Source of the DNA: Hypanus sabinus
Lineage: Eukaryota
Assembly: GCF_030144855.1 (NCBI RefSeq)
Contig: NC_082718.1
Span: 88,660,001-88,724,000 of the forward strand
Direction: 5' to 3'
Length of the DNA stretch: 64,000 nucleotides
The notes under the pieces were generated by a model. That model saw only the letters and a program-made list of their open reading frames with translations, was not told where the DNA came from and ran no database searches. Within the stretch, counting starts at the first letter, position 1. Every line of letters starts with the position of its first letter. This document shows, one piece after another, positions 12,904-25,544 of the stretch. The position numbers and the translations under genes were made by a program.

Positions 12904-13191
12904 ATGGTGGCGGGCACTGGTCAGCGGCACGGCTTTTATTTACTGTTCGCCGGCTGCTTCCTGCGTTGGTGTGCGGCGGCAGCTGAGAAGGTGGCGTTGG
13001 TGGACGTTTTGCTGATGGATTCCCGGAGAGGCTGGTCCGCAGAGCTTGGCTTCAAGTCGGGCAGCAACTATCGTCTGCAGGGTACCGTGTTAGCCCTTGG
13101 CAGCGGGCCTGACAACCCCGGCCAAGGTAACGAGCGGCTGGGCTCCTTTCCCAAACATAACCAGGACAGCTTAGAAGGAAGCTTAATATTA
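12904..13191 (+). CDS. RNF215: RING finger protein 215, exon 1 (signal peptide)
   Basis: Kozak AAGATGG; MVAGTGQRHGFYLLFAGCFLRWCAAAAEKVALVDV...LEGSLIL|gtaagt; 288 nt, phase 0. Confidence 0.88.
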
Positions 13192-14289
13192 GTAAGTGTT
13201 GCATTGCGTCCCTTTGTGGATGTCCGATGCATAAAATGTTAACGCAAATGCTCTCATTTTGGTGTCTGTCTATATCCTCCACCCTTTTCTCTCTTCGCCC
13301 AGTTCTCTGAAATTTGCAGTTTTATTGTGAGTTGGCTATCCTTTTCTCTGGTTCTTAAAAAAATGCCACAAATACTTGACATCATCTCTGCACCCTCTAG
13401 TAATACCTCACATCTAAAGTCATCTTTTTAAAGTATTGTTGGCACATTATTTGTTACAATTTTGTGGGTGCATCCTGGTCGCTCCATTGGGGGAGGGGGG
13501 AAATTGCTGTACTCGCCAACGAATCCTCATTGTTTGTCAAGCTGCTTTTGTACAATACAGTAGTGAACGTACGTCTTTCTTTCTGTAACAGTAATGCGAT
13601 TGCTTAGAGTAATGTTTTCACATTAGTGATCTTGTAAAATTTGTGTTTTGTTGGGATCACCTTCGGAATACCCAAAGGAACAGTAAGGTGTTTACGTTAA
13701 CAGACAAAGAAGCGTAGACTTTTTTTCCTCCAGTAACTGCAATTTTTATTTTATTCAGAGGATGTTCTTTATAAATTGAGGAGTTTTTGTTTGTTTCATT
13801 GATTTTTGGAATATGCTGTCACTAACAAAGGCAGCTTTTATAGACCATCCTAATTACTCACAGAATAATGCCGAACGATCTTCTACAGAGGCGGTCTCTG
13901 TAGCAGAAATTGACATAATATTTAGATTCAGTGATAGTCGAGGAAGTGCCAAGTTGGATCAGTATGTCATGAAGGAGAACTTGCAGGTAGTGGAGTTTAG
14001 GTGCCTTTGTCCTTCTGGGTAGACAGTTGGAAGTGTTGTTGAAGAAGCCTTGGCAAGTTGCTGATTGTACATTTTGTGCTGGCTGTGGATGGAATATGAG
14101 TCAGATGGGCTACTTGTGTTGGAAAGGTGTTGGGTTTCTTAGACTGTTGTTGAGTTGAACTCCTCAAGGCAACTGGAGAATATTCTCTTTAATTTTTAAT
14201 TTCTTGTAGCTGATGCATTGCTTTCCATAGAATATCTTGTTTCTGCTATAGTCAGCTAGCCGCCTTTTCATGCAGTTATTTGTTCGTTC

Positions 14290-14600
14290 AATATGTATCG
14301 TGTCAAATGACGTGGGCAATCGCTGTCTTTCCATGACCAGATTGTTCTTGGCAAATTTTTCTACAGAAGTGGTTTGCCATTACCTCCTTCTGGGCAGTGT
14401 CTTAACAAGATAGGTGAGACTGGCCATTATCAATACTCTTCAGAGATTGCCTGGTGTCAGTGGTCGCATAACCAGGACTTGTGATATGAACCAGCTGCTC
14501 ATACAACCATCCACCACCTGCTCCCATGGGTTCACTTGACACTTTGCCCAAGGGTGACCTGCAGGCCAGCGGAGGGATGGAGTACCTTGCATCTCCTCTA
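14290..14600 (-). mobile_element. Non-autonomous RTE-related short element
   Basis: The minus strand carries the RTE/BovB-type 3' motif aatggcaaaccacttctgtagaaaaatttgccaag. Confidence 0.5.
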
Positions 14601-15427
14601 ACTGGAAAGGTCAGTTACAAGCCAAATTGAGGCAACAAGGTCCAGGCCCCAGACCATAATGATTCAAGTGAACTCAATGTTTGGACGGAGACTTGCGCAC
14701 TGTGCTGCATCGGAAAGGTCGGTTACAGGCTGAATCGAGGTGGTGAGGTCCAGGCCTCAAAGCGTATTGAGGCTCTTCAACCTGATGTTTAGTCATAGAT
14801 TTAGGCACCTAGCCAGATTGAAAATGTCAGGGTGTTGGGGCCCTGAGGCGAGGGACAGGTCAGTTCAGATTGCTCCTCTGTGAGGTTTACTGGGCTTTGC
14901 ACTGAACTATGGGACTCCCTTGCTGACTTCCATTTCAGGATGCTATTTACTGAGGTTTTTTTCTCTGTACATTGGGTTTCTTTGTTTTGTGGCTGCCTGT
15001 TAGGAGACGAATCTCAAAGTTTTATAACTTCGATATTAAATGTATTTTGAACCTTGATGGAGATGTATCACCACACCACCACCCAAGCTTAAACTGTTAG
15101 CCAGTGATAATTTCCAGGATGTTTCTGGGAAGTCCAGACTTATTAAATTCAAAGGGTGAGTGATACTTTTTTTTGTTGTTGCTGTTGAGATGGTCATTAC
15201 GCAGCAGTTGTGTGCCATGAATGTTACCTACCACTCATCTGTGCTCAAGCTCAAGTGGCTTTATATGTGGATTCAAATCTTTTAAAATCATTTGCAATTA
15301 TTCTCACTTGTTGTATATGATGACAGATAGGCCTTTCATTAAGAAGCTTAAAATGATTGGGCATAGGACACTGCCTTGAGAAACTCCCGCAGCAATTCCC
15401 TGGTGCTCCAGCAGTCCTGTGCATCTT

Positions 15428-15620
15428 ATAAACATGAGAAAGTCAGCAGATGCTGGAAATCCAATGCAACACATACAGAATACTGGAGGAAATGAATAAT
15501 CAGTCGATGTTTTGGGCCCATCCTGAAGAAGGGTCTCGGCCTGAAACGTTGACTGTTCATTCATTTCCATAGGTGCTGCCTAACCTGCTGAGTTCCTCCA
15601 GAATTTTGTGTGTGTTGCCA
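15428..15620. mobile_element. Palindromic Penelope-type terminal repeat containing a hammerhead core
   Basis: Inverted arms of the gcagatgctggaaatcc / gctgagttcctccag family, with CTGAAGA-AGGGTCTCGGCCT-GAAAC-GTT at 15523-15550. Similar palindromes lie at about 16578-16785, 31330-31520 and 59394-59610. Confidence 0.7.
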
Positions 15621-16772
15621 TCTTACTAGCTAATGAGCAAGTTATTTTCAAGCAGCAATTTACTGGAAAAGGATAGCTTTTGTCCTACCTATATTAGAAT
15701 GTACTATCTTGATGTAATATAATTTGATTCAAAAGATCTAAAATGTCCCGTGTACAAAGGGAAGAGTAGCCAATTTGATGTTTTATGACCTTAGATGGAA
15801 TTTGAAGTTTTTGTTTTCTGTAGAAATTCACCATAATTTCAAATTTTATCATTTGCTTACAATGTAGGCCATTTGGCCCATCAGATCTGTGTTGCCTCTT
15901 GGTGCAATCCCATTCTCCTACTGATTTCCCTATAAACTATTCTATCAGACGTGCCCAGTAAGGCCCTCTGTCCTCCCAGACATCTATACAAGGGGTCATT
16001 TTTATCACAAATTAAACTGACATTCAGCATATTTTTAGGATGGGGGGGGGGGGGAGACCTTGAAGACATAAGGAAAATGTGCAGCCTTCACATAAATGGC
16101 TTTTCTGTTCTGATCCTGGAGATTAACATTTCCATACCAGATTGTGATGCAACCAGCTAGGGTCCTCTCCACTACAGAAGTTTGTCAAAGTTTTATATGA
16201 CATGCCAAATCTTTGCAAATTTACGAAAGTGGAGGTGCTGTTGTGCCGCCTTTGTGATGACACTTGGGTGCTGGTCCCAGGACTGATCTTCTGATATGAC
16301 AACACTAAGGAATTTAAAGATACTGACCCTGTCCACCTCCAATACCCTGAAGAGACTGCAGGCTAAAAACAGGCACATTAGAAGCTACTTAGCCACATTA
16401 CCACCCATCTGTAAGTTCAGCTGCTTTTTCCTTTTCACCTTGCACAATGTAATTGCCTTTTATTTAAAGTTTTGGAATTGCATTTGCAACTCTGAAATAG
16501 AATGAGAAATTCTATCATGTCGCTCTTAAAGATTTTTAATCATGTAATTGCTGGTTCATCCAATCTCATTATACATGTTACAAGCAAGAGAGAATCTGCA
16601 AATGCTGGAAATCCAAGCAACACACTCAAAATGCTGGAGGAGCTCAGCAGGCTAGGCAGCATCTATGGGGGAAAAAATTACAGTTAGCGTTTCAACTGGT
16701 GAAGGGTTTCAGCCTGAAATGTCAACTTTACGTTTTTCCATAGATGCTGCCTGGCCTGTGTAGTTCCTCCAG

Positions 16773-16777
<5 letters not shown>

Positions 16778-16814
<37 letters not shown>
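16778..16814 (+). repeat. (TG)n microsatellite
   Basis: About 18 TG units, expanded from the ttttgtgtgt end of a Penelope-type repeat. Confidence 0.95.
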
Positions 16815-16815
<1 letters not shown>

Positions 16816-17640
16816 GTACATGATAAATTTAGGTAAGTTATGTTTATCGTGTTTTTAATGTACTGTGCTGCTGCTTCAAAAAGCTAATTTTCATTGCATT
16901 TATATCTGGGATATGTATGCTCATAGCTGGCCTGTGGTGTAGTGGCATCAGCACTGGACTTCCAGGTGAGTGGCTTCAGATTTGAATCCAGCCAGCACTT
17001 TGAACGCTTCCCATCCGTGCTGGGTTGAGCATTGAACTAGCAACTTGGCCTTGTAAAAAAAAACTGGCAAAATGCTAAAGGCATGGAGAGCAATGTATAC
17101 TCACGATGAAAACTTTGAACTTGAGATGTACAATAGACTGTTTCCTGTTGGGTCCACAACATCAGTTGTAAGTACAGGTTGATGTGAATTTTCTGGTTAC
17201 TGCAGTCCCATCATCTGTAGTCCCTTTTCTGTGCTGTTGTCTCCAATCTTGCAGACTTCATTAAAAAAAAAATTACTTCAGCAATTAGGCCAGCCGTGAT
17301 GATACTAATTTAATTTTAATTGCAAAGTAAGCTTTTATGATTTCAAAAACTTCTTGGGAGCCCCACAACAATCTCCCACTGGGCTGTAGTGTCCTGACTT
17401 AATTGGCTTGTGGACTTTCTTTTATTAGCCTGTGGGAAAACATAAATGTATTTTTTTAAATGATATAGTTTAATGGTTTATGATTGTTCACAAACCTTCA
17501 ATGCATAATGAGAAACTAACCCACCTTGACTGTCCATCAGCCTTTTAATACTTCCATTGTGGTTAATCCATTGCAACTTGCTGATCTCAAATCAGTCAGA
17601 AGTCTGCACTTTTCACCTGTATCTTGGACAGACTCTGTTG

Positions 17641-17721
17641 CAAGGGTCCCCAGCCTGGGGTTTGCAGACCCCTTGCTTAATGGTATTGGTCCATGGCATT
17701 AAAAAAGGTTGGGAAACCCTG
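17641..17721. mobile_element. hAT-Charlie-like MITE
   Basis: Imperfect TIRs caagggtccccagcct / aggttgggaaaccctg and similar 8-bp flanks ctctgttg / ccctggtg. A second copy lies at 39129-39195. Confidence 0.65.
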
Positions 17722-18098
17722 CCCTGGTGTGCGTTCTGCAATATGTGCATTGTGTTTTAAAAAATGTTACGAGAATTTGATAGCATCTTAAGGCATTACT
17801 TCATCTGGCATTTCAGAAGAAAGCGATTAAAATTTCTGATTGGCTAGAGGCTGCTGCTTTGCGCCATGTAACTACAAAGTTAATTAACCAGAGTATCACA
17901 GAATATGTTTGCTTGTTCTGAATAATCTAAAAGCAGGTCACAGGCTATCACTGCTCATCCTTTGGCTGATATATTGTAGGTCGGGTTTTGGTTAATGGAC
18001 AGTTTTTATTCAGCCAGCTGGTGATGTAGTGGCATTAGCTCCCGAGTTCAAATCCAGCCAGCTCCCTTGCATGCTTTCTTCTTTCTTTGGAATAAAGA

Positions 18099-18823
18099 TA
18101 GTGAATTCTGGCCAATTAAGTGGCTGCTTCAATTAGCCAAAGTTTCATGGAAATAGAAAGGTGTAAAAAAGGCAAACTGTCATTTAACTGAGTAACAAAT
18201 TATGCATTTAAATGAAATACAGAACAAATTAAAATATTACTGATATTATTATAGTACTATAAAACTATGTATTGGTTCCTAATAGTAATTGACAGATGAA
18301 TTCATTCAGTGTATACAGCCCTGTTCTTTTGATTGACTGTAAATGAACAAACTCAGTGCAGATGATGAACTACCTTCATACAATGCTTTCAAGGACTGCA
18401 TATTGCAATTTTTTATTTTCATTCTAGCATTCAGGATGATTGTCAATACCTTCAGATTCCTTGTAGTTCCTAACTTGTTGAAGTAGTGAAATGGTATCAT
18501 TTACTCTCATGGCTGTTCCTGGCATCTCCTGGGCAAAACAATTCTGAATTGCCTTACTGCTTATTTCTCACCAACTATCAGTGACAAAAATTCACAGCTT
18601 TTTGAACACAAATGTCACTTAGTGTCAAGCAGCCACACAAATGCACATAACTAGTTAGAAAGTATTCAGCTAGTCTCCTGTCCCAATTAAGCAACACAGT
18701 GTCAAACATAAACAAAGGAAATCCTGGCTATTTTCTTGATTGGTTTTTGTTCTTTAAGATCTGTCCCAAATAAGTGGCTGCCCCTATTAACTGTTGGCCC
18801 AACCAATTAAAAGAAATCTACTA
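18099..18823 (-). mobile_element. Tigger/pogo-like non-autonomous DNA transposon, copy 1
   Basis: Colinear with 24212-25018 over about 700 bp. Confidence 0.75.
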
Positions 18824-19160
18824 TGTGTGTGTGTGTAAAAATGATTAAACCTCTCAGTATTAGGGCAATCAAGTTATGAAGGTGGCTTGGTATTTCCATA
18901 TAAAATGTGAGTTCATGTTTCGTAGAGCTATATATAAAAAATTCTTGTGTAGATGCTTCAGAAAGTTACTTACTAGATAATATGTTTGCATTTCAAAGGG
19001 AAACTGCCTTGAATTATGTTTTTTTTATTGTACTAGAATAATATTGAGCATGTATGGTGAAGTATTGCATTTCAAATTTCTTAAAGCACTATTTTAATAC
19101 AATTTTCCCCAGCTTTCAGATTTTTTTGTAAATAAAGCAGAGGTTATTGGTTATTTTAAG

Positions 19161-19295
19161 GTTAAAGATGAGCCATTGGATATCCAGCCAAACAAGGGAG
19201 AGAAATGGATTGGAGTTGTTTCTGTTGATGAAGACCAGGTTGAAAAAAAAGGAAGTAGCAAACAGGAATCATTTGCTGCTGCAGTTATCAGTAAG
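19161..19295 (+). CDS. RNF215: RNF215 exon 2, ending at a GC donor
   Basis: ttttaag|VKDEPLDIQPNKGEKWIGVVSVDEDQVEKKGSSKQESFAAAVISK|gcaagt; 135 nt, phase 0-0. Confidence 0.82.
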
Positions 19296-19449
19296 GCAAG
19301 TATCACAATGTGCTTTTAATTTTGAAATAAGCTTGCTAAACCATATTTTGTAATTCTTAAGTGCAGAGTGGTATACTATGTAGAAATTAACCCTCTGGAC
19401 TTTCATGCTTATGTAAATACTGTTCTGACCTCCACTCCAGTAGATATTA

Positions 19450-19950
19450 CAAACAAAAAAACATCTGAAAATGCTGGAAATCCAACACACACACACACAC
19501 GGCTGGAGGAATTCAGCAGGTCAGGCAGCATCTATGGGGAAAAAATATACAGCTGACGTTTTAGGCTGAAACCCTTCGGCGGGACTGGATGAAAAAATAT
19601 GAGGAATAAATTAAAAGGTGGGGGCAGGGGAGAGGGAAACACCAGGTGATAGGTGAAACTTGGAGGGGTAGTGATGAAGCAAAGAACTGAGAAGTTGATT
19701 GGCGAAAGAGACAAAAGGCCATGGAAGAAAGTAAAAGGAGGGAGGAGCGCTAGAGGGAGGCGATGGGCAGGCAAGAAGACAAGACAAGAGAGGGAAAAGG
19801 GGATGGGAAATGATGGTGGGGGGCATTACTGGAAATTAGAGAAATCGATGTTCATGCTATCAGGTTGGAGTCTACTTAAACAATATAAAGTGTTGTTCCT
19901 CCAACCTAAGTATGGAATTAAAATGGGTGGTCACTAGGAGATCCCACTTG
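19450..19950 (-). mobile_element. Penelope-like element fragment
   Basis: Terminal repeat, purine-rich tract and a GIY-YIG-end remnant on the minus strand. Same family as 29930-30520 and 31755-32330. Confidence 0.7.
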
Positions 19951-20639
19951 TAGATATTACACGTGTCCTCGCCTTTTTGTTATACTTTATATGTTGTAAG
20001 AAATCAGTCCTACAGCCTCATTCTAAGGTAATTTCATTATACACGTTATTCTGTATCAAAAAAACTGTCATGTTACAAGATTCAATAGTTATCATATATA
20101 CTTTTCTAATGACCCTTTTAAGTGACCCCTTTAAAGTACAATAATCAGAAATAAGGTACAAATACTTCAAAAAGACAAAATTTGTCTTAATTAGCAATTT
20201 TATTTTAGGAACTCAGTTCAGGGTGCAGTTACATCCATAGGTTTGGAGAACTGTCTAATTATGCCTATTGTATATGGATGGAGTTTCCCATCATAGTTCT
20301 GATTGTGAAATCTCTAAACTACGGTTGAACTAATAGGAGACTATAAATCAGTATTATTGGTGCAAGACAGTTATTAACACTCATTAAACAAAATTATCTG
20401 TTATTTGGACTATACTTCCATGAGTTTTTTTTCCCATTCAGTTCAATTTTCTCACTTAAAGACAACATTTCAGGATCCTGGCAAATCCTGTAAGGATTTG
20501 TCCATAGGCGTGTTATATCATATGTGGGAATTTAGATGCCATTCAAAAATTGGTGTTCTTAAGTTATTAGCTCTGTAAATGTCCATATTTCATTACTGCA
20601 TTCATATTTGGCATGGAATATGACGGAGGTTACTGGAGA

Positions 20640-21870
20640 AGATTCTTTGGGATAAAGTTATTTTGTAAAAGTATGGATTTATTAGGAATAGTCAGTATGG
20701 CGTTGTGTTGGGGTATTGATAGCTTGATAGCTTTGAGAAGCTGACGAGGATGCTTGTCAGGATAAGGCAGTGGCTGTTGTAGAATTGGACTTTAAATCAT
20801 AGTAGACTGACCTAGAACGTTACAACACATGGGATCGAAGGAGATTTGGTAGATGGGATTAAAAAATTGACTTCGCCATAGAAGACAGAGTGTAGTAATG
20901 GAGAGATGTTAGTCTGACTTGAGGTCTTCGATCAGTGGTATTCAACAGGGACAACTTTTATTTGTGAGATAGAAATGACTTGGTCAAAATACAGCTGAGC
21001 TGATTAGTAAGTTTGCAGACAACACAAAAAAATTAAGAGTTGTGGATAGTGAGGAAACAACAGGATATAGATCATTTGGAAATATGGGAAGATACATGGC
21101 AGATGTAGCTTAATCTTAGCTAGTGTGGAGTGCTTTGCTTTGGGAGATCACATTTAATGTGAAATATGCAATAAGTGGCAAAGGCTGTTGGGATCATTGA
21201 TGTAGAGGATCACTGATGTAGAGGGGGATCTTTGGGTGCACATCCATAGCTCCTTGCAAGTGGGAATACCAGTATATAGGGTGGTAAAGAAGATATACAA
21301 CTTAATTTTCATTGTTGTGGGGGCATTGATTATTTTAAAAAAATGTTATGTTGCACTCTGGTTCGGCCACATTTGAAGTATTGTGCAAATTTCTGATTGC
21401 TATATTCAGAAAGGATGTGGAGGTTTTGGAGAGAGTGCAGAAAAGATGCACCAGGATGTTGACTAGCTTAGAGAGCATTAGCTACAAGTAAAGGTTGGAC
21501 AAACTTGAATTGTTTCCTATGATTGGAGGCTGTTAGACAACATGCATATAAAATTTACGAGAGCTATAGATACAGTTTTATCCCCAGGGTGGAAATGTTA
21601 AATACAAGGGAGCATAGGTTTATGGTGAAAGGGGAAAAGTTTAAAGGAGATCATGAGTTAAGATTTTGTTACGGAGTATAGTAGATGCTTAGAACATGCT
21701 GTCAGGGATAGTAGTGGAAGCAAGTACCATAGCAATGTTTCAAAAGGCAGATGAACAGGCAGACGGGATGTAGACCATGTGCATTCGATGGGATTAGTTT
21801 AAATTGGCATCATGGTTGGCACTGACATTATTGGTTGAAGGTCCCAATTCCTGTATTGTTGTGTGTTGTA
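20640..21870 (+). mobile_element. Degenerate CR1 LINE, RT to 3' end
   Basis: ISKFADNTK, LVRPHLKYCANF and LERVQKRCTRML motifs, followed by a CR1 3' UTR. Confidence 0.85.
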
Positions 21871-23402
21871 AATGACAAATAGCATTAATGGCACACAACT
21901 TCAAGAAACAGCTGTGTTCAAAGGGCAATGAGTATATTTAATCACTGGGCGGTCAATGACTGCTACTTTAACAGGTATTTAACAGATATTCTGTGAGGAG
22001 CAGCTTACATTGTGGTTCCCAAATGCCTTTTCTCTTCTTGTGCTGTATTTTAAAAACATGATAAAATTCTCTTCCCCACCCACCCAAACATAGCACAAAT
22101 AATACTCATTTAAAAGTTTAAAATGAATACTTGATTAGTTGTCAAGCATGCAGGAACGCAGCAAAACCACTTCCTAGGTGCTGTTCTTCTGCCACTTGGC
22201 ACAAGTATTGGAGCAGCAAGATGGGTACATCACTATGGCTCAATTCCCCTTCACGCCACATACCCTCTTCACTTAAGGATTTGCTGCTCTATCATCAAAC
22301 CCGGGACATCTTCCTGGCTCCGCAGACTGGAAGCAGTTTAGGAAAGCAGTTTGTATCTGCCTTCTCAATGGCGATTGGAGATGGGCCTTAAATTCTGACC
22401 ATACCACATTCCGTGATTGAGTAAATCTAAGATAGTTTGCAAATCTAAATTGGTAAATTCAATCTACTGTCAATTATATTATTCAAGGAAGATTGTTGTA
22501 TTTGTTTCATCCTCAAGGATCTTTTAAATCTTTTTGCTTGTAATCATTTTTCTTGGGTGCATTTAAAGCTGAATATTATCATTTTAAATACAAGAACCTT
22601 CAATCAAACAAAACAAATATTCTGAAATTGCTGTTCGGATTTTAAGATCTTCTAAAGCCGTTAACTTGTTTCCTGAAAAGGGTCTCGGCCTGAAACATTG
22701 ACTGTTTCGGAATCCGATTCAATCTCACTAGCAAATGTCATGAAACTTGATAACTTTACGGCAGCAGTACAATGAAATATATGAGAAATATAGAGAAGTT
22801 CATTTATTGTGTAATGTTGATTCACTTCCATAGATGCTGCCTGACCTGCTGAGTTCCTCCAGTTCTGAGTAACTCAAGTCAGAATAGGTTTATAGACTAA
22901 TATTTGTTGAATTGATTGCCAAGATAATGTTTCAGCTTTGCCTTACTTATTCAATGTTGAATTGATAAGCTGTAAACACAACTTTGCCCCTGCAAAGATG
23001 TTTAATGGCATGACTTTGCATAAATTGTTAAGGATATAGGTCTATTATTTTAAGTTTTTCTAAGATTGAATTTGCTTCTTTGATAATTTATTATTAGCTT
23101 GTATATTAATCCCAATTCTTGTTCAGCAAGTTATATTCGTCACTGAACCCTTACCTGAACTTCAAATTTGATGAATAGAATCAGCAGGTCTTTCCAGTTA
23201 AATAATATATACTTTATAATTTCAGATCGCAATTAAAAATAAAAGCAGATGGTGGTTTGTATATTTAAGAAAAGTGTATAATCATTTACAGCAAAGCCTA
23301 AAGCCTGTTAATCTGATGTTTTATAGTTGTGTATTTTGTCAGTCTTGATGCCAAAATGTGCTTTCTAATAGTTCAGGTGAAAGGTGACTTTTTTTTTTGC
23401 AG

Positions 23403-23474
23403 ATGAAGAGAGCCCTTGTTTTGGGAGCATCAGCCCTGTTTATTTTGGTTTTAAATCAAAACACCTTCACTGAG
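23403..23474 (+). CDS. RNF215: RNF215 exon 3
   Basis: ttttgcag|MKRALVLGASALFILVLNQNTFTE|gtaact, matching human [20 protein letters not shown]. Confidence 0.95.
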
Positions 23475-23742
23475 GTAACTTTTTTAGTTACACACATTTT
23501 ATTCACTGTGATCTACATATTCCAGTTGAATTGTCTAAATATACAGTTATTTAGTTTTGCACTGATTTGTTTTAATATTACTTGATAAATCCAGAAACAA
23601 ATAGCAATTCAGCCTTAATTTTATGAAGAATGTAAGAAGATGCAGCAATTTTCTAATCAGATGATAGTTGTGAAATGTTCTGAAACTTGTGTATTTGTGC
23701 ATGTTGTTATCATAATGAGAGATTTCAAAAATTCTTATTAAG

Positions 23743-23828
23743 ATGGACATCTCCCAAGTGCTTTCGAAACCTGTGGTTGTAATGCAAAGCTCTGAAAATG
23801 TAACCAAACTTCTGGGAGCCTTATTAAG
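23743..23828 (+). CDS. RNF215: RNF215 exon 4
   Basis: attaag|MDISQVLSKPVVVMQSSENVTKLLGALL+AG|gtgagc; 86 nt, phase 0-2. Confidence 0.93.
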
Positions 23829-24211
23829 GTGAGCCAATACATGATGGTGTTCAATTGTATTAAGTGAATCTCATTTACATTTAGCATTGTGGTCAGTCTG
23901 AAATATTTTCATATTATGCTAGGAAGTATTTTTTCCAAATAAATCCACTTATTTAAGTACAAGATAACTCCAAGACACTTTTTCTAATTTTTAAGTCATT
24001 ATATAGTTCATCTTATGACTTTAGTCTTGAAAAGTTAACACATTAATACCCACTTTTTTTTGCTTAATGGTATGGTTCTTTTTTTTTGACTGGTACAGTG
24101 TTATTTTCCCCTTTTCTCACCTCACTGGTGCAATGACTGTAGCATTTTCTATCACACAATCAACGCCTTACTAAATTCATCTAGGAAGTAATGAGGATGG
24201 CTGAAAGAATA

Positions 24212-25018
24212 CCTTGGATTCCAGTTAATTGGGACACATCAGGACCCATTTTGGCCCAATTAAGCAGCTGTCCCAATCAGCTGAAGTTCTATGGAAATAG
24301 TTAAAAAGGTGTATAAAAAAGACAAACTATCATTTAACTGAATAACAAATTAGGCATTTAAATTAAATATGGAAGAAATTAGAATACTATCAATACCACT
24401 ACAGTACTATAAAACTGTTAGTTTCTAGTAGTTATTGATGGAAAAATTCATTCAGTGTATGCAGCCATGTTTTTTTGACTGTTAATGAACAAAATGATTG
24501 CGACACCTAGTGGGACCACTTTCATACAATGCTTTCAACAACTGGATCCTCCAAATCATTGGAAAATTCAAGATGATTGTCGATACCCTTAAGTTCTTTG
24601 TAGTTTCTAACTTGTTGAAGTGTAAAATTGTTTTATTTTCACCAACAGCCGTTTCTTGCATCTCCAATTCTGAATGCTTGAAACCACAGTGAGCAAAAGA
24701 GTTCTGAATTGTCTTACTGCTTATTTCATGCCAACTGTCAGTGACAAAAATCACTGCTTTTTGAACACAAACACATTCAACTGACAATATATAAAAACTC
24801 TTCGCTCAAAGCATTGTGTAGTGTCTAACAGCCACACAAGTGCATGTGACTGGCATTAGAAACTGTTCAGCAACAGTCTCATGTCCCAATTAAGTGGCAT
24901 AGTGTCCCAAATATATGAAGGATATCCCGGCTTTTTATTTATTTTTGATTCTTTAAGATTTGTCCCAAATAAGCTGTTGCCTGAATTAACTGACAGCCCA
25001 ATTAACTAGAATTAACTG
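24212..25018 (-). mobile_element. Tigger/pogo-like DNA transposon with transposase remnant, copy 2
   Basis: Imperfect TIRs (ggattccagttaattggg / cccaattaactagaatt) and TA at the left flank. The minus ORF contains DSWHEISSKTIQNSFAHCGF, the pogo DDE_1 C-terminal W...TI.N.F...GF motif. Confidence 0.8.
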
Positions 25019-25544
25019 TGTTGTCTTTTCTCTTAATCTCAACATTTTCTTGCTGGTTGAATTGAAAAGGGAAATAAAAATTTCCTTAAGGAAATTTATG
25101 TGAGGGGAAAAATAACTAAATAAATATGAACTGTGAAAAAAGCAACAGATTTTGTCAGTTTTTGTCATGGGTTCGCATTATAAGATAATTGTGATACGAA
25201 TGGTCTTCTTGGAACGCAACCCCTCTGTACCACAGTGTACAGTACAAAGGAAGAAAATGTGCCCTAGTCCTGTCTGCTCTGAATAGAGAAACAGGAAGTA
25301 TTAGTTCATTGATGAGTTTTTGTATGGGTAATCCTGAAAACTTAGCACTTAAGTCAAAACCTTTGAGTCATTACATATTCTCCAGACAGCAGAAAAATAT
25401 TGATTTTTATAGCAGTGTTGACCTACATCTCAACCTACAAATACTAATTCTGCTTTTGAGATCTGTCATAGTTCAAGAGTATCAATGGGTTATTAAATTA
25501 CTGTTTTAAAGTTGGGAGTACATTTTTGCATTATTGAAGATGTA

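Noticed and set aside
12868-13242. The 124-aa ORF as a standalone gene
   Set aside because: It is RNF215 exon 1 read from an upstream non-ATG codon through the gtaagt donor. The true start is the ATG at 12904.
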